The notes under the pieces were generated by a model. The model worked only from the letters and a program-made list of their open reading frames with translations, made no database searches and was not told the DNA's origin. Of a DNA stretch of 56,443 bases, positions 36,233-47,818 are shown one piece after another; position 1 is the stretch's first letter, and the number at the start of each line of letters is the position of its first letter. The DNA lies in assembly GCA_904063045.1 (NCBI GenBank), contig CAJFCJ010000106.1, forward strand, positions 60,472-116,914. Reading direction: 5' to 3'. This stretch comes from Dimorphilus gyrociliatus (taxonomy: Eukaryota; Animalia; Annelida). The translations under genes and the position numbers were made by a program.

Positions 36233-36892
36233 ATGAAAGTAGTGATTACAGGATCATCTGGCTTAATGGGAAAAGGAGCATTGCTGCAATGCGTCAAAGA
36301 CAGTAGAGTGGAAGAAGTGTTAATAATCAACCGAAAGAGCATTGGTTTTAACCATCCGAAGGTGAAGGAAATTTTATTGACGGATATGTTCGAATTGGAT
36401 TCCATTAAGGAGGAGTTGAAGGGCTACGATGCTTGCTTCTTTTCAATTGGTATTACTGCTTTTCGGGCAAAGGAAGAATATTATCACAAAATGACGTTTG
36501 GTCTTACAAAATTGTTTGCCGACGTTCTCTGGCAGCAAAATCCGGATCTGACGTTTTTATATATATCAGCAGAGGGCAGTGATCCTACAGAAAGTAGTGG
36601 GTCTTTTTGGAAAGATGCTAGGGGGAAAACTGAAAATTATATCATTCATTCTGGGAAAAAAGGATATGTTTTTCGTTTAGCAGTTATAAAACCGATAGGA
36701 GAGGTTAGTTCCAGAACATACGGAGCTGCAGAACCCGTTGTAAAAGTACTCTACCCAGTCTTAAGATGCCTTGCTCCAAATAAGGTAACCACCACCGAAA
36801 ATATAGGAAAATCCTTCTTAAACATTGTCGAAAAGGGAAATGATATAAAGTTGCTTCAATCAAGAGCAATAAATGCGCTGGCAGCTCAATAA
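36233..36892 (+). CDS. Intronless NAD(P)-dependent epimerase/dehydratase (atypical SDR), bacterial-like
   Basis: 219 aa from MKVVITGSSGLMG (Rossmann GxxGxxG). Also VLIINRK...HPKVKEI, GYDACFFSIG, NPDLTF.YISAEG.D, GKTEN. No intron; less AT-rich than flanks. Confidence 0.88.
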   Translation: MKVVITGSSGLMGKGALLQCVKDSRVEEVLIINRKSIGFNHPKVKEILLTDMFELDSIKEELKGYDACFFSIGITAFRAKEEYYHKMTFGLTKLFADVLWQQNPDLTFLYISAEGSDPTESSGSFWKDARGKTENYIIHSGKKGYVFRLAVIKPIGEVSSRTYGAAEPVVKVLYPVLRCLAPNKVTTTENIGKSFLNIVEKGNDIKLLQSRAINALAAQ

Positions 36893-37315
36893 GGCCTAGA
36901 ATTACGGATAAGTGGCATTTCTCTTGAATGGTTTTTAATGGCTAGATTTTGATGAAAGTTTCCTAACCAATTATTACAAATAAATTACAACTTTTAATGA
37001 TTTATTTCAATGCAGTCATTGCTGTTCTCACCTCACTGATAATAAACACTTCAAAACAAACAATACCAATCAACAATAAACTAAATTCCAACACACCAAT
37101 CATTCTTTCACATTTCTCTTTCACAACATACGAAACTAGGACACAGAGGTCGCTGCGTATCATACTACAGATTCCATTTGTGTTTTCCTCTCTTACGTGT
37201 ATAGGACCAAACAAAAAAAACAAACACAAGCAATTATTAGCTATAGGTCTTTGTAATCGCCACATAGACCTGTTTACTCCAAAGTAGATGTTGTATAAAG
37301 TCAAGGCCTAAAATA

Positions 37316-38932
37316 CTCGGACACTATAAATTTTGATAGGCCAATTTTGAAAACACCCCAGAAATGTTATCTTTGTTTTCAATTGGTTTTTTTGTCTAAA
37401 TTTCCATGAAGAAAGAGTTATATTTATGTAATACTGAAAAAAATTATAGAAAATTATCATATTGTGAAAATTATTAGCAAAATTTTTTTATTAATTTTTA
37501 TTGTTTTTTTCTTTATTTGGCTGTAAGTCCAAATTAACCGTACATCCGGATTACATCCAGTTTTGCGTTTAAATAGACATCTTAAACTGATATTTTTTTC
37601 AACAAAATTAATTTTCCAAGTTAAGTTGATTACTTATTATCTATTTTACCTACTTTAGTTAATTTTTATATCATTTATTTCATTATGGCATGGGGAAAAG
37701 AGGTTAGGAACCTGGTAATCCAGAAATATGAAGAATTGGGGAAAGTAAGGGAAACTGCAAGGGCTTTGGGAATGGCATCATCTACAGTTAGCAACATTTT
37801 AAGGTATAAGCCACCCAAACAAGGGGTCGTCCAAAGAGACTCACAGAAAGAGATGTAGCAAGAATGAATAGGATTGTGAAGAGACTTAAAAGAAACAAGG
37901 AAAGGGTAACTGCTAGGAAGATTTTAAATGAATTAGAGGTAGATGTAGGCCTGAAGACAATTCAGAGAGAGTTGAAATTGCAAAATTTTTGTTATAAACG
38001 AATTCGACAAAGAGTTGATCTCACAAGCAATGACTGCAAAAGAAGGAAACAGTATTGTTTAAAAACTATTCGAGATAACTTAGATTGGTCAAGAGTCATA
38101 TTTACGGATGAGGCAAGGTTTTCATTGAGTGGTCCTGACAACTTCAGGACCTGGACAAATGACAGGGTAAAAGAGATGAGATTAACAAAAAATATGGGCA
38201 GAGGTGGAGTAATGGTTTGGGACTGATAACCTCGGATGGTGTGTTTGAGGTATGGAGAGTAAGCAAAAGATTGAATGCCCAAAACTATGCTACATTTGTG
38301 GTCGAAGATGTTCTCCCAGTTATAGAAGAAATCTCAGATAAAATGGGGAGAGATTATATCTTCCAGCAGGATAATGCTGGGTGCCATACTGCAAGAGTTA
38401 CCAGCAGGGCATTCAGGATGAACGGCATACATTCAATTGATTGGCCAGCTAAGAGCCCTGATCTTAGCCCAATAGAAAATGTGTGGCACCTGACCAAAAA
38501 TTTGGTTTACAATGGGGCACAATTCACATCAGAAGATGAACTATGGGAGAAAATTAAAAACTGTTCCTACAAACTTATAAACAAAAATCCTGACTTGCTA
38601 CCAAATCTGTATGCTGGAATGGGGGGTAGGATCATTACGTGCATTGAGAAAGAAGGTCACCAAATACAGAAGTAGTAAAAATATTAGTCCCCAGACCATT
38701 GTCCAGAATAATGTGACTCACAGCCAAATAAGAAAAAAACTTATGAAAATATACACTATATAAAAATGAAAAAAATTATGTAAAAACTTATCTAAATACT
38801 ATTTGATAGAAATTTCTATGTAGATCCAAGTTTCGCCTAATATTTCATTGCTAAAAAATAGAAAAAAAAATCTTTTTTGATCAAGAAAAAGATTTTTAAT
38901 CTTTGGCCTATCAAAATTTACGGTGTCCGCGG
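37316..38932 (+). mobile_element. Full-length Tc1/Tc3-like DD34E element (right-arm copy)
   Basis: TA-flanked TIRs; ORFs 37864-38226 and 38217-38675; mirror of 28743-30358. Confidence 0.95.
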
Positions 38933-39355
38933 TATTTTAGACCTTCACTTTATAACTAGAGTTAATTTTTTTATGAAGTCTTAAGTTTTTATTATTCAAT
39001 AAATGTGACAATAATTTTATATTCTTTTTAAAATTTATATTTTAGAAGTTCATTATACTATTCATTTTAACATTCCTTTAAACTACTCACCCAGATTAAA
39101 GCATTTATCTTGATTTTCATCACTTAAATCTATACATTTGATAAATTTATCACATAATTCCCATTTTTGTACACATTCAACTGCATTTACAAGAGAGAAA
39201 AATATCTCAAGAACAAATACAAGCCAAATTTACATGCCAGTGTCACTGTTCTATACTTGGACCAGAGATTGATGTATAAATTCAATTAGGAAAATAACCC
39301 AATAAGTTACCAACTGTACCTGGAACCTTTAAAATTGTCAATCAGCCATTCAAGT

Positions 39356-39356
39356 N
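39356..39356. other. Single N: probable contig join
   Basis: Only ambiguous base seen; unrelated sequence on each side. Confidence 0.85.
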
Positions 39357-41439
39357 AAATTCTTCCATATTGAAAACCAAAAGTATGGCATAAATTCATT
39401 ATATTTCGGAATCTTAGTGATTCATAAGATGGCTGATACCAAATATTTTTGTAAAATATTTGTAAATTTCCAATAAAATTAGTATAATTATGATTTTCCC
39501 CAAAATCTAAAATATTTGGTTCAGTGTTGAAAATTCTGTATTGATAATCTATATAAACAAATATAATAATAATAATACTCTATCTATATATCAAAATTAG
39601 AGAAACAAGTAAAACCTGTGAAGTTTTTCTCTTCACACCTTACTGCTAATCCATAAAAACCAGAGCCACGAAGCATTGTTTCACAGCTGCCCAAATCATT
39701 TATAGATAGACTGCAATCTTTTAAACTATACAATACATTTTTTTGTTTCAGAAGATTAACATCAGAGCAAATTTCAGGTGACTATAAAATTCAAAGGATA
39801 TATCAATATTTACGTAATTACCATTTGATATGTAATTACTGTATCCGGTACTGGGAAAACTTGAAATATAGGATTGAGTATTTTATTTTGATGCCAACAC
39901 ACAAGTAAAGCTACTTTTTCAATATTTTCAGAAAGGTCAAATCCTAAAGCAGTAGTACCAAATGATTTGGATTTTGCTATAAAAGTCGTGTCAGAATGAA
40001 TCACATTTTTATAAAATATTTTATGCAAGAAATCTGGTGCTTGTTCAATCTTAAAATCTGAAATTTATGATAAAAACAATATTACCAAAGCTTCTACTAT
40101 GATTTTTAAGAGTGATTTACCATTAATTTCTGGAAAAAAGCATGTAAATCGTTTAATATTCATGCTAGAGCTACTTCTTAGATTATATGTATAATTTTTA
40201 TAGATTATAACTATATATTTAGCATTGTATGTAGTTGAATCTTTTGTGAAAAAGAGTACTTTTGTACATAAACTACTCTTCATTTCCATACTCTCTGGAT
40301 ACAATTTAAATGTTGTTTTCAATTTTCTCATGAATATTGTCAATTGCAATCTTTGAAAGTAAAAATCAATCAAATTTATCACACCAGCAAACATAACTGT
40401 AGGGGGTTTAAACAAATAATGATTTAAAATCCATGCTAAAATCATAACAAATTGAAATAATAGTTAATGGGATTGAGAGAAAATGTGTCAATAGATTCAA
40501 GTGTAAGATCAAATTTGGAGCATTTTAGGGGATTAGGAAAGTTAAATTTTAATTTGTTTCGGGTCATGTTGGGGTTGAAATGAAAACAATCTTGTTAACT
40601 ATTGAGTACTGGTAAAGGTGAGACTTCAAAAAAGACAACATTTTCTCCCCAATCCAAAATTAACTTACAAGGTTCAGTATATTTGTAACATTTTAAACAA
40701 ATAAGATTTTCACTACTTGTTAAAGAATCAATTGTATATCTATGGATATTACTCATTCAAAAAATATATTTTATTACATATTTTGTTTATATCGATGAGA
40801 AATTAGAAAAAAGTTGATATTTCAGACGAAAACTACTTTTGAAAAAGTGTTTAATGATAGAATTTATTCAATTCAGCAGTGAGTTATGAATTCCTTTAAG
40901 AATATTCTTAAAAATTTTTCTAATTTTAAAAAACAAAAAACTGTTTGCTCACTTACACTTGAATATCAAGTTTTTCTTTATGCCTGAGATAAACTGTTCC
41001 CCTTGTTCCTGAATGAAAATTTTTAGACTTTATAATCTATTGATTTAGCCAACAGTACATCCACGTATACAAAATGTAGTAAAACTGTACCTGAGTGTAA
41101 CCCCCCTAATGATTATGGCTTCACCTGCTATCTATACATACCTTGATGTTGGCAGATTTGTGTAATACTGTGTATTTCATCGTAGTTCATTGAATTGCAA
41201 ACATGATTCAAATTGTTTTCAAAAATATCAGATGAATATCCAATAGCTTCTGTCCAATTTTTGAAATTTAGTTTTAATATTCCATATATAGAATATTTGT
41301 CTTCTGTTAATGGTTTTATCAAAAATCTTGCTTGTTTCTCATTCAATAGACTTTTTGATAAAATATGTTTACTTGGGCATTTTTCCAGAGAAGTAATGAT
41401 GAAAAAATGAAAGATAAAAATAGAGGACAGAGTTAGCAT
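39357..41439 (-). CDS. GRL101/LGR-like paralogue 4, 5' half only (close relative of paralogue 1), truncated at the N
   Basis: Exon-by-exon match to 5855-7813: SIYGILKL.F (41128-41439), MFAGV (40065-40445), VC..QN.ILNPIFQV (39810-40028) and NHNYTNFIGNLQIFYKN...NLCRTFGF (~39360-39520). Confidence 0.85.
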
Positions 41440-42039
41440 TATTCAAAAGATATTTCTTTATTAATTACATATTTTTAGATTTATATTTGCATAAAATAGA
41501 GATGGGCAATATTAGAAAATATGTTCATTAACAATCTTCATTTCATATCAAATTTTACATGTTTTTACTATCAAATTTCATGTTGTCTATTTTATAATAA
41601 AAGAAAACTTGGACAAAACGTCCAACAGTCATACAACTATTATATAATGAGAACTGGAGGGTGATTAATCAATTCATTGCCAACATTGGACAAATCAAGG
41701 AAGAGAATCTTACTGAATTCATCTGCTCTAGTTGTGATGTCCATGGACGGCGTAACCTTGGAATTTATGGAGAATTATCAAGTCCCTCTACAAAGAGTTA
41801 TGAGTGGAGGTCTTGGGAACTATTAAAGATACCATTGTTTGCAATTAATTTTTTACCTTTTACTTTTAAATATATCAATTTTGTGGAATGTTCACAACAG
41901 TAGCCAATTAATATATTGGAAGGAACTTAGAATTGATCTAGGTTTTCATGTGGCACATGTTATAACAGTACTGATTGATTTAAACCTGGAATACCACGCG
42001 GCAGTACTAAAAATTCATAATATTTGCTTGTGAACAATT

Positions 42040-42300
42040 TTTGAAGTTCTTCACAAATCTTCAATTTTCCATCACATGATTATAAATAAAGCCATTCCAA
42101 TGTATTTTTAGAGTTTTGAAGTGCCTCAATATTTCACTCCCCATTTCTACATTTCCTCTCAAATCTCTTATTTTTATATTTGAACATTATTTTAGTAAAT
42201 CTCCAATTGCTTTAGTTTGTTTGACATTTAAATTGCAGAGCTGTGAATAGAGCTCTTCCAGATAAATAGTTTAGTAGTTGAATGCTATAAAAAAGACTTG
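42040..42300 (-). pseudogene. Eroded RI/NLR-type LRR fragment
   Basis: Manual translation HSCNLNVKQTKAIGDLLK*CSNIKIRDLRGNVEMG and EALQNSKNTLEWLYL*SC, same unit as 34923 and 46576, with stops. Confidence 0.6.
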
Positions 42301-43306
42301 ACCCAAAATGAGAAGCAAATTTCTCACATTTGAAGATTGATTGCTACTCTGTCCAATACAACCTAAAGAAGTGAATGAAACATTATCCGATGAGAGACAG
42401 ATGCAAATCTGATCACTCCAAAAAGATAGCCAATTTTTCTGCAAAGAAGATTCAATGCAAGTATGGTCAGAAAATTTAAACGATGAAAAAAGGTCACTGA
42501 ATTGGCAAAGCTAGCGTCCAACAGAAGGGCGCGCCACTAATTACATTATGAAGTTGATCAACCTCCCACTGCATGAAGTGTATTAATTCCTTCAGTTAGG
42601 CTTATTTCTTTTAAAATTATGCTTATTGTAATCTATATTAAGGCAGCATTTCTTAACAGGGTTTAATTTTAGGGTGAAATGTAGTTTACATTTTATTCTA
42701 TTGAAGATGCCAATTGAAAACAAAACACTAGATAAGATCGTTTAACAACTGGCAATTTTGAATTTAACTTATAACTTTCAACCTCTCATTTTACCAAAGA
42801 CAAGTTCAAAAGTCATTCAGATAATCATTATCTTTAATATACTTTCAGTTTTTCTACAATCATTCGATGTGTAATTTTGAGAGTCTAAAGGCTAAATTAC
42901 CGCTTAATTCTGTGATTTTTGTCAAGTAATTTTCTCTCTGTTTGTTTGTAATCATTTGTGATTTTTAATAGTGTTCTAATTAGGAATTACAGGAAACATT
43001 TAAAATCTACTTTACTAATAGGTCTCAGCAGATCTGAAAAAAGATATAGAATTGTTAATGGCTGTATACACCAACCTCTTTTCATTATGAAATTGTTGAC
43101 ATTGCTAAGAAATAAAATATACTACATTTGCCTCTGTTCATTAATTATAGACGATTTAGATAATGCTTTCCATTACTCCTACTTCAGCATGCATGATAAA
43201 ACTGGAATGCTTAATTAGATATTGTATCATAAATATTAATAATAAACTCTGCCATCTTTTGCTTTCATAAGATTCTTTATGCAAAGAAGAGAAATAAATT
43301 TGAAAG

Positions 43307-44248
43307 ATGAATATATCTGAAATTGGTTTTCTTGTTTTAGCTGATCTAAATAAGTTTCAAGAAACTGCTTGCATGACACTACTTATGGTTATATTAATAT
43401 TTGGCTTGATACTCTCCAGTATAGTTATCTTCTTATTCCTAAAATTCGAATCTGTTAGAAAGTCATGTGGTTATTTTATATTTTGTACAATGATAAATCA
43501 TGTTTTATTAACATTGTGGTTTCTTTTCATTCATCTTAGTATGTTTCTTGGAAGTTTTAAAAGAATATCACCAGTTTTTTGTGTACTTATGATTACAATT
43601 CCTAGTTGTGCAAATATTCTAGCTCAGGTTAATTTGTTAGGCGTATTTGTAACAAGATATTTTTCCATACGTTTTCCATTTAAATTCAATTACTTTTGTT
43701 TTTCAAAGATACAGATTTTTGCAACAATTTGTGTAAATATATTTGGTCTTGTTGGTTCATCCATGCCTTTATTGTTACCAAGTGAGAAATCCCATATATG
43801 TTTTGGTTATATTTCAACAGAAAGCACCCCTTTGATTATATTACTCGTATTCTATTTTGGGCCAATTATACCATCTTTAATATTTCATTTTCTTTTGTTA
43901 AAGTTAGCTAGGAAGCATGCAAGATCTATGCAAATGCAGATGAATACTGTTCAATCTGTATCAGCATCTTCAAAAGCTACACTATATAAACTAATGTTAG
44001 TTTTCATATTATGGTCGTGTTATCTATATCTACTTAAGGATATTACTTTAAATCAATATGTAATATCTGGTAGAAAAGCAGTTTTGGTAGAGCTTTGTAT
44101 AATTTCTCCAACAGTTATTAATTCACTTATAGTACTCATAAGCAATTCTCATATAAAGCTAATCTTCAAGAACCATTTCAAGTTAAAGATATTTCCTAAA
44201 ACTGATAATAGCTTCTCCAATAATAGAAATAGAGCTATTTTAATGTGA
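43307..44248 (+). CDS. Intronless divergent class A-like 7TM receptor
   Basis: 313 aa, 7 hydrophobic segments, TM3 C...TRYFSIRFP (DRY variant), TM5 proline, no NPxxY. Confidence 0.8.
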   Translation: MNISEIGFLVLADLNKFQETACMTLLMVILIFGLILSSIVIFLFLKFESVRKSCGYFIFCTMINHVLLTLWFLFIHLSMFLGSFKRISPVFCVLMITIPSCANILAQVNLLGVFVTRYFSIRFPFKFNYFCFSKIQIFATICVNIFGLVGSSMPLLLPSEKSHICFGYISTESTPLIILLVFYFGPIIPSLIFHFLLLKLARKHARSMQMQMNTVQSVSASSKATLYKLMLVFILWSCYLYLLKDITLNQYVISGRKAVLVELCIISPTVINSLIVLISNSHIKLIFKNHFKLKIFPKTDNSFSNNRNRAILM

Positions 44249-45733
44249 ACACAAGGCTAGATTTAATCATCGCTAAGTATATCTATAAATCTTTATTTTT
44301 TTTTGCTCTAACTATCACTGCCAACCAAGAATAAATACTATAAATACGGCTGTTTTTCAAGAGTTCTTTATATGTCTTTGCATATTGTTTAAACTCTAAT
44401 TGTATTGGATTTAAATTAATTTTAAGTCAGCTGAACCAAAGTGGAGATTGTTTGAATTTGTTGTACTCAATAACTTGGACATGTTCTTTTAATGAACAAT
44501 ACCTGTATATACTTTCTAGATTCTTACATATGGATTTTTTTCAATTGTCTTTTAAATATTTATTTATGTTTGTGTGAATATTTAAATTTGGTGAATTTTC
44601 AATCTGGAATTATATTTCCCAGTTTGGTTAGAAGATTTTTCAAACATTTTCGCTATTTTTCCTATAGATAACAAAAAAACACATTCTACACATACACTTG
44701 TTCTCCTCTGGTAAGTATAGTAGTTAAGAAAGCCAAATTATATTTCAATCAGTCCTGATAAATTTATTAAAATATTCACCTTCTGATACACAGAGAACAA
44801 ACCAGCTGTGAAGCATCTAATTTGTTAAAATTGCTCACCTAAAGAAGGGGTAATTATAGCACCCCGAAAATGTGTCTAGTGACTTTAAAATGTTCTGCAG
44901 TCTAAAATTAATCAAGTAAAGTGAACATTCAATAAATACAATAAAACATCATTATTAATATATATTGCTATATTTACAGGAAGGTAATGTTCTCAACCAT
45001 ATCTCTTATCATTTGTTCTTGTCGTTCACATGGATAATGATAGCGCATTCGATAAATTCGTTTTTAAGCCTAAGCTCCAATATCTCACACAACTAAAACA
45101 TTGGGCAGTCTAAAAGTCTATTACACTTTAAAAATACAGTATGTTGATTGCTGAAAATGTTATTTTTTATGATATTACTAGTATAACAATACTAATAGAG
45201 TTATATTGAACAAAAGTAATTTTCAATCCACCTCTATTTGAACAAGTAAGACTTGTAACTGCATTTTTTTATTATCTGTGATGATATTTGATATCCAACC
45301 CTTATCTAATATGTTATTGGATGTGTAAAAACCATTTAGTTCATTTTATCAATTCATGTTTTATAAAATATGCAGACAATTAAGCTAGCAATATCCTATC
45401 ATTAATTGGTTAATTATTCTAATTTGCCAAATTAGTCATCTAATTTCATGTCCACTTTTTTCATAAGCTAACTTGATATTCTAATGTCTGCGAAACACAA
45501 AAACTGCTGTAGTATTGTTTATAAACATCGAACTGACTTATATCCTAAACATTTTCAACAATCTACCTGGCTTCCTTTACAATTTTTTTATTATTTTAAA
45601 TTTAGAAATTACAGTTATAGACTCTGATAGTTGTCTTTTTGAAATTTTATATGAAATATTTTGATATTTCTCTTCAATAAAAGAAAACCATTGGAGAAAA
45701 CAGGATTTTTGAATGAATGGAATCCTTTTCAAA

Positions 45734-45932
45734 GGGGCCGACAGAAAACGTGCCCAAGTAAGATTTTTGAAAGCAACATTTCGGAATTATTAAAAAGAGT
45801 AAAGTAGGTATTGATTGGTAGTTAAGGGGTTCCGTCTAAAGGTTAGGGGTAAGTTAAGAAGTTAGGGAGAGACAAGGGCTTGGATAGGGTAAGGGTTAAA
45901 CTATGCATTTGGGGACGTTTTTTGTTATATCC
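45734..45932 (-). mobile_element. MITE (Mutator-type signature), 199 bp
   Basis: TIR ggggccgacagaaaacg.../...cgttttttgttatatcc; perfect 9-bp TSD cttttcaaa at 45725-45733 and 45933-45941; ttaggg-like interior. Confidence 0.9.
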
Positions 45933-45941
45933 CTTTTCAAA

Positions 45942-46861
45942 AGTTTTAATGCTGTAGGGGCTAAATCTTTAGTAGAAACTTTTCAAGTTTGTTCTTCTTT
46001 AGAAAATGTTAATTTATCGTCAAATAAGAAAATGGAAAACGAATTTGAAATGATTTGCAAAGGACTGAAATCTTCAAAAACATTGAAGAAAATTAACCTT
46101 TGTTCCTGTGCGATAGATGCTGAAAAAGCCAAATGTTTAAGAGAAACCCTTCAACTTTGTTCTTCTTCGAAAAGCATTCATTTATCTATAAATTAAAAAA
46201 TTGAAAGTAACTTGTGAAAGGTTAAAATTCTCTTCAAATGCTTTGAAGACGTGGTTTCAAAATGATTTGTGAAGGACTAAAATCCTCTTCAAAAACTTTA
46301 AAGCAAATTGAATTTCAATACTGAGATATAAATCCTGAACAAGCTAAATGGTTCATCGAAATTTTTATGTTTTGCTCTTCCTTAGAAAGAATTCATTTGG
46401 CTTCAAAAAGATATTTGGAAAATGGCTTTGAAATGATGACTGACATCATCCTCACAATCTTAGAAGGAAATTGATTTTTATGATTGATTTAAATGCGGGG
46501 AAAGCTGAATATTCAGGAAGACTATTTTAACTGTGTTCCTGCTTAGAAAACATTAATTTCACCAAGAATAATAGAATGGGAAACGGATTTAAAACAATTT
46601 GTGAAGGACTAACATCGTCTTTGAAAACTTTGAAGCAAATTTCTTATCATACTTGTGGTCTAGAAGCTGAAAAAGCCGAATGTTTAGGAGAACTATCTCA
46701 AGCTTACCCTTCTCTAGATAATATTGATTCATCTTCAAATAGATATATGGAAGAAGGATTCAAAAGAATTTCTGAAAGGCTGAAATTCTCTTCAAAAACT
46801 TTAAAACAAATTGATGTTCATTCCTGTAATTTAAATACTGAGCAAGCTCAATGGTTAGAAG
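45942..46861 (+). pseudogene. Tandem RI/NLR-type LRR repeats, frameshifted
   Basis: About five ~56-aa units (ENINLSSNK.MGNGF..IC.GL.SS.KTLK.I....CNL..E.A..L) spread over ORFs 45903-46196 and 46576-46935 and broken frames between them. Confidence 0.8.
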
Positions 46862-46907
46862 ATGTTGCTTTCAAAAATCTCACTTGGGGACGTTTTCTGT
46901 CGGCCCC
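46862..46907 (+). mobile_element. Isolated MITE terminus
   Basis: 46 bp identical to the right end of the 48742-48948 copy. Confidence 0.85.
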
Positions 46908-47612
46908 GAGGTTCTTTCTGATGGTTGCTACATAACCATAAGATTTTTCTATTGTTTATTTATGATCAATTATTTTAGCAATTGTTTCCAATAAAGAGAG
47001 ATAACTATCTCAGGGCTATTCATTTTTCTTCCATGTTTTTAGCTGTAATTGCTCAATGGAATCTTGTCCTTTCTTACTTTTAAAGATAATCAATGGAATT
47101 GACGTATAAAAGAGAATAGCATACATTATAGCCAAATAGGCTGAACATTCTGTAATAAATTTTTTTCCTTCTTCACTTTCAATTGGAACCTTCCAGTTAA
47201 TACTTTAATGATTTTCAGGTAGATGCCACCCCGACACGACAAAAAAATATATATTTTTATTTAACAATTTGTTATAAAAAGCTTTAAACCGACCTGATCG
47301 TTCTCAACGTTTAAAGACTCTATAACATATCTTCAAAAACTAGCAATTTACATCTTTAAATCATATTAGGCTTCAACTGGTATACTGTGAAATACTATCC
47401 AATAATAATACATGTTACTAATACTTGTGGTCAGGCTATCTTAACTATAATAAAGAGAGAAAAGATTGTTTTAAAAGCATTTCAGAAGGTTTCTATTTTG
47501 ACAAATCAACTTAGTTATATCTGTGATTTTATCATCTCCTTCTAATTTCATTGTAGGAATTGGATTTAAGTGAGGATTAAGTGTTCTTAAATTCCGTTTA
47601 GCAGCTTGTAAT

Positions 47613-47818
47613 GGATGCGACAGAAAACGTTCACAAATGCATGGTTTTACCCTAATCCTAACCTAACCCTTGTCTTTTCCTAACATCTTTAGTTACCCCT
47701 AACCCTTTGATGAAACCCCCCTGACTACAAATGAATAGCTACTTCAGTCCTCCTAGCCATTTTTCAATCCGAAATATTGCTTTTAAATATCTGACTTGGG
47801 ACGTTTTCTGTCGACCCC
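47613..47818 (+). mobile_element. MITE, same family
   Basis: ggatgcgacagaaaacg...cgttttctgtcgacccc; ccctaa-type interior; flanks gcttgtaat/acgtgtaat (7 of 9 match). Confidence 0.85.

Larger units (their letters stand above)
28319..39355. repeat. Giant inverted repeat: arms 28319-33621 and 34044-39355, 422-bp spacer
   Basis: Mirror ORF pairs sum to 67665 (33068/34597, 32227/35438). Differences spotted are 1-nt indels, mostly in homopolymers. The right arm ends at the N at 39356. Confidence 0.97.

Noticed and set aside
37810-38225. Programmed ribosomal frameshifting in the transposase
   Set aside because: Shift positions differ between the two mirror copies and fall in homopolymers, which fits indel error or mutation.
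32384-38282. ORFs 32384+, 32812+, 34638-, 35012-, 36151-, 36997+, 37002- and 37992-
   Set aside because: Antisense or alternate-frame shadows of the LRR, epimerase and transposase sequences, or motif-free short ORFs; duplicated only because of the palindrome.
45734-46907. Pack-MULE: LRR block enclosed by two inverted identical-type MITE ends
   Set aside because: The left MITE has its own perfect TSD, and the flanks of the whole unit (cttttcaaa versus gaggttctt) do not match, so there is no evidence it moved as one element.
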